Shown: positions 13,612 to 27,570 of the stretch, piece after piece
How positions within the stretch are numbered: position 1 is the stretch's first letter
How the letters are laid out: every line of letters starts with the position of its first letter
DNA from: Lingula anatina
Lineage: Eukaryota > Animalia > Brachiopoda
Length of the DNA stretch: 64,000 bases
NCBI GenBank assembly: GCA_051362555.1
Contig: CM120647.1
Span: forward strand, 6,076,001 to 6,140,000
Direction: 5' to 3'
Translations under genes and position numbers: made by a program
The notes under the pieces: model-generated
What the model saw: the letters and a program-made list of their open reading frames with translations, nothing else
Told to the model about the DNA's origin: nothing
Databases searched by the model: none

Positions 13612-14740
13612 TAAAAATCTGTCAGACATTCGGTCTGACAAGCTTGAAAATTCTGTTAGACCAAAACAAAATCTGTCAGACCAAAGCAAAATAATTGCAA
13701 TACGACAAATTATTTATGTTTTCAGGTGTATTTAATAACCTTTTTAATCATCAGCATTAAATCTAATATATATATATTTGCCAGGCATGTCCGACGGTCT
13801 GACGCCTTTCGTAAAGTCCGTAAGTCTACAAATGTAGTTTCTCCAAGATTTGGGGTACAGGGAGTCCAAAATATGAATCTGTAATTTGATACTCAGTTTA
13901 AAGGGAGTCCATCCCAAGGATGCCCAAACAACCAACCTAAAAAATCTGTAAGCCATCCAGCCGTCTTTGGAAATACAGACTGGCTTTTGATGCTAATGGC
14001 CGTCCAAATTACTGCTGGACTGCTCTTTTGGAAAAGTCATGGTCTACATTGAAACAAGTTAAAGTCAGTGGTTATCCAATGCTAATTGAATTGTCATCAG
14101 TTAAAATATTACAATTGCTATCAATTGAACATGGTAGTTGAAGAGGGTGGTCAAGATGTTAAAACAATTAATTATTCAGTAACATGAAAATTATGAGACT
14201 GAATTAAAACAATTAATTACAACTTACTTGGGTTCGAATTGATAGAGCAATTACCATAAGCAAGTACTGCACCAGTTGGCTTCTGTGTAGAGAGAGAGAT
14301 GATAAGGTTGTTTAAGTCTTAGTCAGACATAAAAAAACAAGCACATTATCTGATGCAGTAAAGATAGACAGACTTGGGGCAGGCTAGACTAGTGATCTTT
14401 CACCCGAAAAAAAATTGGTCTTAATTTGTAGATCACCATATTGAAAAATCTAAGAGAAAATGTTTGTCAGAAACATTGTTGTCTTGCGTGTACTATTAAA
14501 GAGAGATAATATTTCAGTTAATTGGACTATTACTGATTTATCTTGGGTTCAAGGTATAAAAGATAAGAACAAATTTGGTAATTCAATCCAATTGTGTAAC
14601 TGCACTAGTGCTGTGTGGTAGGCAGAGGAAATGATAAAAATATTGTTGCATAAACTTGATTATTTTATCAACAGTGAATCAGTAAGAATGACACAACAGG
14701 ATTTAATTAATGATAAAAAAGTAAAGTATAATATAGAGAG

Positions 14741-14862
14741 ACCAAACACGTTTTTCTACGTGTGAGGCATGGCATTTTGACCCTTCATCAAAGGGCCTTG
14801 ATCATGTGTCTGATTCTGCTGTGATGCAATGCCGTGCCTCAAAATAGAAAACATGTTTAGTT
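14741..14862. mobile_element. Small palindromic MITE-like element
   Basis: About 35-bp imperfect inverted repeats: aaacacgtttttctacgtgtgaggcatggcatt and aatgccgtgcctcaaaatagaaaacatgttt. Confidence 0.55.
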
Positions 14863-15602
14863 GTTTAAAAAACCATTCATTTGAATTAAATTGTCATTAT
14901 ACATGTGGCAAAAAATTTTTTCTCTTTCAATGGAAATCTTATTAGACTGTGCAGAATCGGCATCCAAATTGACCAACGTCATAATCAGGTCACCTCCTCG
15001 AATTAACCGCTACTTATTTCTAACAAAATGTTTGCAATATTAATGCCTGTCAGTGCCAGTATGTGATAGAACGTAATTAGATTTCCCTTTTCGCGCTGAT
15101 ATTGTCTACTCTCTACCCGAGGCCCTTATAGCTGTTACAAAATTGATTATAGGTCCTAAAAGATGGCAATCTGCATGCAAACAAACTTCTTGATACGCAC
15201 TTGTTGGATTTTAGGCAAGAATCCTCAAGGTGCATAGCACACGAGTCAAGAGTCAACGTTAAAACATACATCTGTTGTTTATTTTGTTTTGAAGTAAAAT
15301 AAGGGCCATGAAAACATAAAAATATGGGAAGGATTCTGTGAGAGTGCAGACCTTCGCTTCAGCAACTAATTGCTTGTTATTTAGGATTGATTGATTAATG
15401 GATGAGGGGCACAATTGAGTCTTCTGAGACTCCCCATTTCTGATCCATCCTAAAAATGTTAAAGATATCGTAATCTGTCCAAAACATTTTGATTTTTGCT
15501 GCTAACTATCAAACTACAACAACAATTAAAACAATATGCACAATAATTGGCACGCACACACTAACAAACACCTGTCGCTCGCTGACACACACACCTCGCT
15601 CG

Positions 15603-15646
<44 letters not shown>

Positions 15647-16319
15647 GAAGAAAAGAAAATGTGAAAACCAAAGGAAGTAAAATAAGTAAGAAACACAAGT
15701 GTCAAGCTGATAAAACCAGTGCATAATTACGTCTTCCAGGTTTTTGCTGGACTAATTTGTGGTCGCCATTGAAGCATTTACAATCCTGGTCTATGGCAGC
15801 GATTAACAATGAATTAGAAAGATCAACCTCACTTGAGTTGATGCTCAAAATGATCCTCAGTAAGGAAAAAATTCTAGTTGAAATCTTTGTCATATACACA
15901 TACATGCATTTTACATGCCTCCGCATCTGTCAAGTACCCAAATACACTTGCGCATGATGCATATTCACCACATATTTCATCTTGTATGACATTAACATGA
16001 ACGAAATGCCAGATCTTAATACCAATATCAAATCACTTATAAATTAATATGTGGCCAGGAAATTAATACTGATTCTGCCCATATGAGGGTGATGTGTGTG
16101 TGCATGCACATGTATTTTCAATCGTTAATTTTGCCCCACAAACAAGAGGTGGTTAAGGCTCATGTTGGCTATGAATCCAAAACTAGGAAGAGATAAAGGA
16201 TCCGGTGTTAACATCAATATAATCACACTTTTATGGTCGTGTTATTGATGGCACTGTCATAGTTTTGACGTGACTGTACTACAGATTTGACCGCGTTTGT
16301 AGAAATTGGATTTAGCTGT

Positions 16320-17985
16320 GGGTCAAGTTCAGTTTTCTGTTGGGGACTAGATAACAACTACTTAGATTTTAAAAGTACAGTTTACTGTCAAGTTCAGTTT
16401 TCATTTTGGGACTAGATTACAACTATTAATAGTTAGATTTTAAAGTAAAGTGTTATGTCTGATTGTCAGTTTCAGTTTTCTGTTTGAGACTAGATTACAA
16501 GTAGTTAGATTTTAAAAATATGTTGTTTAACAAATAGTAACAAAGTAATCAGATTTTAAAACTACAGTTGACTGTCAAGTTAACTTTTCTGTTTGGGACT
16601 TGATTACAACTAGTTAGATGTTAAAAGTACAGTTTCTTTCAGTTTCAGTTTTCTGTTCGGGACTAGCTTACAACTAGTTAGATTTTAAAAGTGCAGTTTC
16701 TGTCAGGTTCACTTTTCTGTTGGGGACTAGATTACAACTATTTAGATTTTAAAAGTACAGTTTCTGTCAAGTTCAGTTTTCTGTTGGGGACTAGATTACA
16801 AGTAGTTAGATTTTAAAAATATGTTGTTTAACAAAGTAACAAAGTAATCAGATTTTAAAACTACAGTTGACTGTCAAGTTAACTTCTCTGTTTGGGACTT
16901 GATTACAACTAGTTAGATGTTAAAAGTACAGTTTCTTTCAGTTTCAGTTTCCTGTTCGGGACTAGCTTACAACTAGTTAGATTTTAAAAGTGCAGTTTCT
17001 GTCAGGTTCACTTTTCTGTTGGGGACTAGATTACAACTATTTAGATTTTAAAAGTACAGTTTCTGTCAAGTTCAGTTTTCTGTTGGGGACTAGATTACAA
17101 GTAGTTAGATTTTAAAAATATGTTGTTTAACAAAGTAACAAAGTAATCAGATTTTAAAACTACAGTTGACTGTCAAGTTAACTTTTCTGTTTGGGACTTG
17201 ATTACAACTAGTTAGATGTTAAAAGTACAGTTTCTTTCAGTTTCAGTTTCCTGTTCGGGACTAGCTTACAACTAGTTAGATTTTAAAAGTGCAGTTTCTG
17301 TCAGGTTCACTTTTCTGTTTGGGACTAGATTACAACTATTTAGATTTTAAAAGTACAGTTTCTGTCAAGTTCAGTGTTCTGCTTGGGACTAGATTACAAC
17401 TAGTTAGTTTTTAAAAGTATAGCTTCTGTCAAGTTCAGTTTTCTGTTTGGGACTAGATTACAACTATTTAGATTTTAAAAGTATAGTTTCTGTCAAGTTC
17501 AGTTTTCTGTTTGGGACTAGATTACAACTATTTAGATTTTAAAAGAATAGTTTCTGTCAAGTTCAGTTTTCTGTTTGGGACTAGATTACAACTAGTTAGA
17601 TTTTAAAGTACAGTGTTATGTCAGATTCAGTTTTCTGTTTGGGACTAGGTTTCAACTAATCAGATTTTAAAATACGTACTTAATGTTTTCTGTCACGTTC
17701 AGTTTTCTGTTTGGGACTAGGTTACAAATATACAGTCTAAAAATCTATGGAAATGGGGTGTTAGATTTAAAAAGTTTAGTTATTTCTGTCAATTTCAGTT
17801 TTCTGTGAGGGACTAGACCTATTACAACTAGTTAGATTTTAAAAATGCAGTTTTCTGTCTCGTTCACTTTTCTGTTTGGGTCTAGGTTACAACTACTTTG
17901 ATTTAAAAAGTTTAGTTATTTCTGTAAAGTTCAGTTTTCTGTGCGAGACTTCCTAGATTACAACTACTTGTTAGATTTTAAAGTA
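16320..17985. repeat. 64-bp satellite array with a ~299-bp higher-order repeat
   Basis: Monomer gtcaagttcagttttctgtttgggactagattacaactagttagattttaaaagtacagtttct. The variant segment aaaaatatgttgtttaac recurs with its tgttg core at 16521, 16822 and 17121. Confidence 0.95.
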
Positions 17986-19485
17986 CATGTGATTTTGTTT
18001 GTACAGATACTGTTGATGCAAAAACTGATATAAGATCTACAGGAAGTTAACTTAATTGTAGTTTCAAGTGGGTGTTGGACAAAGCAAGAGATAACAGAGC
18101 ATATCAAGTGGAATTGTCGTCATATTTTGGTGTTAAGTCTCACTCGTTGGATTTGTTCACTGCTGTGTGCATAGCACACAATTGGCAATTTATTCAGTTT
18201 CTGCAATTTTCTTTGTCAGTAGGGTCACCCCCCCCCCCCCCCCCCAGAAGACCTATTTTTTGTCCAAGAACTGCAGTCTACATTCCCCACACAGTCCAAG
18301 AAATTCCTTCTTACCAGGAAATTTGTCTTTTTGCTGTCATGTAAGCAAAGACCTAAATGATCAGATACAGTATTTGAACAAGAATTATGGCAACTTGAAT
18401 TAGAGGTCTGTTTTCAAACATTGATTTACAGCTGATTTATGAACGTAGTATGCCAAATAATAAGTCTAAGGATGGATGAATTATTCACGATGCCACAGAC
18501 ATTTTAAAAAAATTTTAACTCGAGGTCCTGGTATGAATTGACATAAGGAGCATTTTATGTGCTGATTCCACATTTTTGTAACACATTCTTTATTTTGGAT
18601 GTCACTTAGAAGAATTGTGGGAATTTGACTCCAATTTATTCAGGATGTGAAAAGTTTATGTAGGAGACACATAAAATACACATTATCTGTGTGTATAATA
18701 ACTCGTGCTGATTTATTCTTGTGAGAGAAAGGGCAAGTCGGTGTAGAATCCCGAAGTATAGCCTGAACGTAGCAGACGTGCAAAACACAATTTGTCTGAT
18801 AGCGATCAATCTTGATACTATTGTTGCATGCAGAGTTTTGCTGATATAAAGGTTGAGTAGGATGTAGACATAATTGAATAATATTAGATAAGGGTGTTAG
18901 CATTTTAGATCTCAGTGAAGATTTGATTTCTATAGTGCCTTGCTATATACAGGCCCATATTAACAGTTTTCTCGTTCTGCATCCAATGGTATGATATTTC
19001 GTGTTATGAGGTTCTTAATGTTTCTTGTGTAAATCATGAACTGGTAAAAAGTAAATTGTTTATTAACATTGAATGGTACATGTCTTAAAGGTAGAAAGAA
19101 TGTTTTTCTCTTAAGCTGGACATTAAAGGAAACTAGGTAATTTTTTTTTCTCGGATTTATTTACAGTATGAATTTGAAGCCTTTGAGATTACCTGTCTTA
19201 AAATAAATAAGTGAATAAATAAATAGCTTTGGGTTCCCTATTTCAAAATCCTCATTGTATCCCTGCTCTTCAGAAATGAATTTCTTTTTTTTTCCCATCA
19301 TGATATTTGTGGTAATAGAGAAGCCTAACCCAGACTCTAGATTGCAATCAGCCTGTCTACTTCCTGGAGTGAACCTACTAAGTTGAAATGGAAATGAATG
19401 GGATAGTGCTTGATCAAAAACTTAAATAAAAACTTCGGATCTGAAGAAGCTATTATTAAGTTGCCCCCCCTCAACCTAATGGTGG

Positions 19486-19650
19486 AGATTTAATCAAGCA
19501 AGCACCAGTCCTGTACATTTATTTACGACCTTCACACTCCGCCAGATGAGATTTAATCAAGTGAACACCAGCACCCTCTATATTAATTCAGTGACCTTCA
19601 CCCTGTAAAGGATGAGGTTTAATTAAGCAGACGTCGGTGCCCTCGATATT
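19486..19650. repeat. ~65-bp degenerate tandem repeat, 3 copies
   Basis: gagatttaatcaag...caccag...gaccttcac units. Confidence 0.75.
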
Positions 19651-20454
19651 TATAAGCCTAAGGACAAGACTCCCATTATTTAGGTTGATGTATTCTGAGC
19701 TATAAACATTATTTCCTATTTACGTATGATGTTGGTTGATCTGAGTGTATATATTCAAAGATTATCATGGTTCGTAAAGCAGGAAAACACGAGATATTTT
19801 GTATGAATTATTTAAGAAAAAATGATGGGGTGATAAGGTCAGTGAAGATGAGATGGTTGCAGATGCTTGCCTTGAGACGCTGACAGCTTTTCAATACTGT
19901 ATTTGAAAGGAATAATATTGTGGAAAATGTGATAAAAATGGCTGCCATTTGAGGCCTGGAATTTCTGATTAGTTCCTCACAATAATGAATGTTGTGTTTG
20001 AGTTCCAGATTTGGTGTTGTATTTTTATGTTTATCTCTGCAGAATTAACTGCATATTTTTTTATTACGTTATTTTTTTTTCAATATTCTTTGAGTTCGAG
20101 TGAAGGTTAAATACAGGCTATGACCTAATTTAAATAAATATGATATTGAAACAATTACAATTCAAATACATAGATTACACAATGGTAATTTCAATAGACA
20201 AGGTTTGCTTATTCTCTGATTAATATTGTAACAATAATTTTCATCAGCAAAGGACTCTCTCTGTGGCAGTCAGTAAATCATTGTTTTGTCTGCTTCAAAG
20301 CCCATCTTCAAAAACTTTGCTATTGTCTTGACATATTGAAAAGGTATGTGTTGGGATGACATTCATCTTATGAATGTGTTTTTTTTTCTCACTGATCTAA
20401 GGGGACACATATTAACAGCTGTGCTTTTTTGGTAAACAAAGGGATCAAAGACGC

Positions 20455-20622
20455 TCCCCATCGTTAAAAGTTTATATCTCAAAGCCTCTCTTTCCAGTCA
20501 CAATTACAATATGGAGGGCCAACAGAGGGATTGGACTGGCTCCCCATAGTTTAAAAATTAAAAGCCTGTCTTCCCAGTCACAAATTACAATAGGGTGGAT
20601 CAGCAGAGGGATTGGATTGGCT
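20455..20622. repeat. ~85-bp tandem duplication
   Basis: ctccccat...aaagcct...ccagtcacaattacaat...cagagggattgga occurs twice. Confidence 0.8.
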
Positions 20623-20834
20623 ACCTAAAAATCATGTGGCCTACATACCAATTATTAGTCTTCAACTATTGAAATGTGGCCAAAATGACTAATGAGAGGT
20701 ACTTAACTCCAAGAGAAATTAATTAAGAGAGGCCTTGCCTAGAATGTCGTAAACCCCTGGTGACTGTTAATTAAGGAAAACTTCAAAGCTGCCAGTCAAA
20801 ATGAGGTAAATGGCTGGCATTAAGTTGATTAAAA

Positions 20835-21144
<310 letters not shown>

Positions 21145-21760
21145 AAAATTGTATAAACTGCTCCCTCTGAGTCTCGGATCTCTAGGCATTACTCAGAGAG
21201 TTTGCCTGTCACAAAGTACTTCTTGCCAGAAAGGAAACGTGCAGGAATTGGCTAGTTAGCAAGGGATTAATATTCACCCTGGATTGTCCTGGAAATATAA
21301 TTGGAGACATGCTTTCTTTCTTTCTATTAAATCCCAGTCGGAAGTCGGGTTTTAAAAATAAAAGCCAGAAATGTTTTTTTTTTTTTTTGAAAGGTATCCA
21401 GGCACCAAAATTGTACTTATATCTGCATCGTTCGGAACGTCTTCTAGCATGCAAACCAATAAGCATGTTTCAGTTCCTTGACAGATCTCGGTCTAGTGTA
21501 TCAGACAAATGATAAAGATGAAATTTTCTGTGAGAATGATTTCAATGAACAATGAGGGCAGCAAGAGTGCAGCAAAGTAGGTGGATTACCATGCTTGATG
21601 AAGCTACCTATGTGTTCACACACATCAGCTAGGCAGTGCCTGGAGTTTTTTTTCTATGTTAAAGAAAAATGATTTATGTGAATGTGTTGTTCATTAGTCG
21701 GTGTGTCATAAACATGTGACATAACAAATTTGGGCATTTTTCTTGTAACATATGAATGTC

Positions 21761-21934
21761 GGGGTAGTACTAACACTTTCCTATTTAGCTAAATGCTAAA
21801 AATGACTTACTAGTTGGTTGGCTAAGCAAAATAGGGTTGATTTAAAATATTTTAGTCAAATTTAAACCATTTGGAGAAAAAGTGATGAAAAAGTAGTAAT
21901 TTGGCTGAACAAAACAAATTGCCAACTCGACCCC
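21761..21934. mobile_element. Short interspersed repeat, GGGGT...ACCCC ends (copy 1)
   Basis: Colinear similarity with 34605-34768 (atttagc.aaatgctaaaa, gcaaaatagggtt, gaaaagtgatgaaa). Confidence 0.65.
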
Positions 21935-21989
21935 AGTGTGTGCACCCACATACATGGGTGAATACATTAGTGCACACATACACATGCAT

Positions 21990-22043
<54 letters not shown>

Positions 22044-22536
22044 GACACAAATATTCACTATGAGCCATTTATGCTCGTATGCAAACCACAAAGCAACAAC
22101 AGATTTAAGAAAAATCTCGCCACAGGAGCTGATAACTATGCAGTGCTTCAACCACATCCAGCCGAGCTTTGCTTCTGGAGAAGATATCCTGGAATCAGTG
22201 TCTAATCCTTTCCTATGGCTGCATATACACTGGGCAAAATAAACCAGTTGTGAAACGGATGAAATGACGTTCCTGCCCCAGCTCAGGCACCACTCTTTAC
22301 CGGAGGTCAGCTGTGTGGTGACGTTGTTTCTGAAATCCTGTGCAAAAGTTCTTGTTCAGGACGATGCAAGGAGATGTGCATGGAATTAGCTTGAGAAATA
22401 GATGTCAATATCTAGTGAAAAAAATGTGGCCTTGGTTGAGGGAATTCTGCATTTGTGTCTGTTTATAAAATGAAATGTATAACTTGGTGAAGCATAGTTT
22501 GTACCTGACGCTGTGATTGTGCATCGTAAAAAAAAG

Positions 22537-23005
22537 AACTAAGTCTAAGAACACTCAAAGGGCAGACCTCCAAGGTCCTTACACTGCAGAATTGTGATAG
22601 TAGAGAGAATGTCCATTGCACAAGGTCAAGGTCACTGGACCATAAAAAAAAAAATCCTAAAAAAAATACATGGTCCAGATGGTGATTCAGATCACAGATC
22701 ACCACCAAGATCTTATCAGATATGTAGCAAGCCCATTTCTGACCTGGGCCCTGTAAGTCCAAAGCATCGTGCATTGCGACCAAGCACAAGCATCTCTATT
22801 CTATAACTCGACTTTACTCGCCCCATATAATAGCCTCGAAATAAAAGGTGATATTGCTCTTCGCAATTCCCCATGCTTTTGAGTTACGGAGCCCTGTCCG
22901 GAAAATTTCAGCAAAATCCACCTTTTACTTTTTGGGTTCCACTGGGCTGGTGAAGAACAGATTTAGGCAAAGAGAGGTGAAAATAAACCTCCTTGGCAGA
23001 GGTAA
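22537..23005 (-). mobile_element. Helentron/DINE-1-like non-autonomous element relic
   Basis: One end reads attacctctgccaaggaggtt on the minus strand and the other aactaag...cactc...gcagacctcc, with internal caaggtcaaggtca. A similar end motif lies near 35683-35712. Classification is from recalled motifs. Confidence 0.45.
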
Positions 23006-26000
23006 TGCCAGTTTGATACTTTTGTTATACAGAAAATCTGACAGAACTTGGGTTTGTATAGAGTTGATTTTAATCATGTCACATGATCTTGTTTCATGTC
23101 ACATGATCTGTCATCACCATTACAGGGTGCCCTCTAGTGGAATTAGATCTTTATGATTTTTCGATCTCCTGCTTCTGTCTGTGATGCGGGAGCCCTTTAC
23201 ATTTCTTATCTGTCTGAATGCCATGGAGCTGATGAACCAAATTACAAAACACAATTGGAACCATTAAATGACTTTTAAAAATATCAACTTACATTTTGCT
23301 CGTGTAAAAAACATTTTACTCCTGTAAAAAGTGCCTCAAGTTCTAGGAATTCATGCTGGGAAATAATTGCTTGCGTAATGTGACAAGTCATTAATTACTT
23401 GATTCCTGGAACTTCGGAAACTTGGAACTGAAGTAATTGTTTTGTCGGAAGGGGCCTTATGAAAAATCACTTTGTTGCATTAACAATGGTGCAGAAATTC
23501 AGAGGTAGATAACTAGTCTAGTATTTATTGATAAAAGAACACGTATAGCCTTAATTTCCCCAGGAATTAGTTTGTTACACACCGGATGCTGATATTTAAA
23601 GGGATAGCAACTGTTCGTTTGGGCCAAGAAAATGGATTTTCCTGAGGTAATCGACAATTTGCCCATTCTTACCAATTGTTTAAGAATCGCTTATGACATT
23701 AAAAAATTAGTCAATGTTTTTTTTTTTCATGTACAGACAGGGGCCTTATTGTACTTGCACTTTGCGTGATGCAATTATTGTGAAGGCATATTGATTTTAT
23801 TACCTACAAATCCTTTGAGATGTATGGTACAGTTACTTTTTCTACACAAGGCCAACTAGCTTTTCAAAACTTCAGAAGCAGCTTTTTATGTGTCCTCTTC
23901 CAATCCCCCCCCCCCCCCCCCCCCCCCCCCCGCCAAAAATTGCTTTGGAGAAAAACTATTTTGTTTGAATTTAATGAGTCATTACGGTAAACACAGTTTA
24001 TTACGAAATAGAAGGAAGATTTACAGTGACAACAAAAGTCCCATATACCATCTGTTATGTGAGACTGATAAGAAAAATTGCTTTGATTAGGTCTGCAGTC
24101 ATAAAAGACATTCAGTTATAATTCAGAACATTGCAGCCTTGTTTTGAATTGGAAAAAAATTACAAGGCCCATTTTCACCTCATGCAGTATACTAATCAGT
24201 ATCGTAGCATTTTGAGAGATTGTAGTAGTATATATTGGACTCCTTACAATTTGAAGCAAGCTCCTGAAAGTTGGCAAAACCCCTTTTATTGCATGAGAAA
24301 TTGTTAGAAGCTGTCTTGAAAAATGTTGCAATACAAATAAGTGCAGAACACTACCTTATATGCCTAATATGCTCCTCTTTGTCAGCAAAACACTAGCAAC
24401 ATTTTCAGTCTTCATTCATCAAGCCTTTAATAAGAACAAATAAAAGAAATAAAAGATAATTGGATAGGCAAAAGGTCAGGCTTTTGTCCGATCCTTATAA
24501 TATGATTAAGGTATATAGACCTTAAGAAAGGTGACAAAAGGTCGGCGATTGTTTGCCCCTTTTGTCGCCGTGGTTGACCTTTTCGTAAGTACACTTTCAA
24601 AATTAGAAATCAAATGAGCAAACAAATTGTAAGTTAGCATGCAGCATGATGTCTCCAACCTTATGGTAATAACTCCCTAAATTTGAGCAACAGCAAATCC
24701 CATGAATTGAATCTCAAAAACCAGTGTCATTAAAACATGATTTAAAGGCTATTTTCACAATGAGTTGGTTTTTTAAGGTTAATACTTGGAAGTAATGCTT
24801 TTATCTGCACCTAAATGATAAGTTTATGGAGAATTAAATTTATTGGAATAAATGGAAGTTGAAATTCGTGAGGAAATACCATAGTCTTTGCAATCTCAAC
24901 AGGCTAGCTTAGTTGAATTAAAGGTGCACTTGACCTAAACAATTTATTAGATTTATTGAGTTTGTGTTCCTTTTGACTAATTGGGATGACTAATTGGCTG
25001 TTTTCATCTTAGATGTTTCAGTTGGCCTGTGGCGTAAATGCGTGCGAGTGTGCGCATGTGCACGTACATGGTGTGATGCACGTTGTTTTGTTCAAGCAAT
25101 TTTGTTCAATTATTTGAACCCTTTGAAGAGTACGAAATGGCCAGATTAAGTTCAATATGGCTGCTGAAATATTCATCATCTTCATAACCAGCATGATAAT
25201 GTAAAATGATATCTCATATACAGGATTTCATCAAACAACTTGTGGATTAGAGGTGTATTCACACTAGAGAAATAAAACCAACTTCCGAAGCCATTTTATT
25301 TATTTTTTATGATATCTTACAGACATTATTTCATCAAGCAGCTTGTGTTTGCACAGGAGAAATAAAATGGCCATCAGATCTCCCCCCCCCCCCCTTACTT
25401 ATTTCTGCAGTCTTGGTGTCTAACCCGCTGTAGGCAATCATAAACATCAGTGTGAGGCCCATTTTTGTCTGATCATTTCATGTAATTATACAGCTCCCAT
25501 CCTTATAGAAACCCTCTTTGGCGATTGTGATTGAATCTGTGCTCAGGTGGGATACTGCTGACCTGAAATCTGTCTGGTCTCACAAGTTCTTGTTTTCTGG
25601 ATAAATTTTTAATGTCTGTTATTAGGATTATGCACGTGGCAGCTGCTACACAGAAATAGCATTGAACCTGCATAAAACTCTGAACATTGAGGACACATTC
25701 CATTAACATGGCTGCAACTCCAAACATTAAAGGGATAATAACTCTTCATTTTGGCCAAAAAATGAATTTTCCTGGAGTAAACAACAATTTTCCCATACTC
25801 ACCAATGGTTACTAGTAATGAATCCATTTCTACATTCAAAGTTAGTCCCTGGTTTTTACTAAAAAGTTTGCTTTTTTTGTAATTATCTCTTAAGAGATTA
25901 TAACAGAGTATAGTCATCAATGGAGATCACGTGGTCGAAAGACAAGCTCATATATCAGAATAATAGCTATAACTGCCATTTTTGTGGTACAACAGAATAT

Positions 26001-26277
26001 ACTATATTTCTATGAGTTGTTCACAATGTTTTTATAGTGAAATATAGATCTCATATGAAGAGTTATTATCCGTTTAAGTCAATCTGGTTATCAGATGGTT
26101 AAATGTAAAGGTGTTTGTTCGATCCAAGTTTTTGCCATTGTGTGAACTGTCCTGCCACCAGCTAAGGATTTATTCAAAGCACCATATCGTTCAATCACTC
26201 CACTAGGTCGTCGTTATGGATGAACGTGCACATGCAATCTCATCCTTTATGTAGGCACACACGCTATGCTTCTAAAC

Positions 26278-26727
26278 CTGAATATATACTGACGGCTCCA
26301 ATGTTATATTGTGAAAGAGAATATTTTATTAGTTAAAAAATCATGCTGTATACTGAATATATACTGACTGCTCCAGTGTTATATTGTGAAAGAAAATATT
26401 TTATTAGTTCAAAAAGTCATGCCATATGCTGAATATATACTGAGGTCTCCATTGTTATATTCTGAAAGAGAATATTTTATTAGTTCAAAAAATCATGCCA
26501 TATGCTGAATATATACTGACTGCTCCAGTGTTATATTGTGAAAGAAAATATTTTATTAGTTCAAAAAGTCATGCCATATGCTGAATATATACTGACTGCA
26601 CCAATGTTATATTCTGAAAGAGAATATTTTTTTAGTTCAAAAAGTCATGCCATATGCTGAATATATACTGACTGCACCAATGTTATATTCTGAAAGAGAA
26701 TATTGTATTAGTTCAAAAAATCATGCC
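26278..26727. repeat. ~76-bp minisatellite, 6 copies
   Basis: ctgaatatatactga at 26278, 26353, 26429, 26505, 26581 and 26657. Confidence 0.95.
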
Positions 26728-27143
26728 AGGCAGATGTTTTGTGTAGATGATATCATACATGGATTTGACTTTGAGCAGATATGATAAGCGAGCTCTCTAG
26801 TCCGATTGAAGTAAGGGAAGTGAGTGCATCTGCTCATCTTGGAGTTCACCGACTGCTTTTTATGTAAATTACAGGGTTTGTTTTGGCACAAAACATGTCT
26901 CTTACATGTGATTATTGTCAACAGAGGCCTTGTATTCCAGGAAAATCTTTGTCCCAGGGTGTCATTTGAAAAAAAAATTTTTTTTGCAGAAATTTTGTCC
27001 AGGAAAAACAAAGATTTTAGGTACTTATGTGTTCACTAGTCTCAATCCGTACATATACCTCACACCAAGTGATTGCTTATATCGGCAGACATGGGAAAAC
27101 TTTGGAGGTATTCACTGAAATCTTGCTTTTCTGGTGGTCAGGA

Positions 27144-27526
27144 TCTGTGACCACCTGATATGTCCGACAGGCCAGATATGTCCTATGACTACAGAAGGGG
27201 CCGTAGCGATAGTCCGAAGGTTCAATAGTCCGAAGGTTCATTGGTCCGAATGTTCACTATAGAACCTTCGGACCAATGCACCCTTGATTAAAAAATCGAC
27301 GAAAATGTTACCACTTTTCGGACCAATGAACCTTCGGACCAATGAACCTTCGGACTATCGAGACGCCCCCCTACAGAAGGCCAGATATGTCCGACAAAAA
27401 AGAGCCAGATATGTCATACAGGCCAGATTTGTCGGACACAACTGGCTATTTTTTGTCAGCCATATCTGGCCTGTTCTCTGGTCGTAGGACATATCTGGCC
27501 TGTCGGAAATATCGGGTCATCACAGG
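27144..27526. mobile_element. Outer MITE with ~50-bp TIRs and ggccagatatgtc subterminal repeats
   Basis: ctgtgaccacctgatatgtccgacaggccagatatgtcctatgac versus gtcgtaggacatatctggcctgtcggaaatatcgggtcatcacag. Confidence 0.75.
27197..27370. mobile_element. Nested inner MITE with 8-bp TSD
   Basis: TSD ctacagaa at 27189-27196 and 27371-27378; TIR ggggccgtagcgatagtccgaaggttca / tgaaccttcggactatcgagacgccccc. Confidence 0.85.
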
Positions 27527-27570
27527 ACCAGTCCAGCAGTTTCCCTATGTCTGTATCAGTACCCCTGTCC

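Noticed and set aside
16320-17985. Regular repeats resembling a CRISPR array (also 26278, 51717, 53977)
   Set aside because: Head-to-tail units without unique spacers, no cas genes, and a eukaryotic intronic context.
21535-21585. Possible alternative first exon in intron 2 (ATG...gcaaa|gtaggt)
   Set aside because: It ends in phase 2 whereas exon 3 needs phase 1, and there is no promoter or homology evidence.
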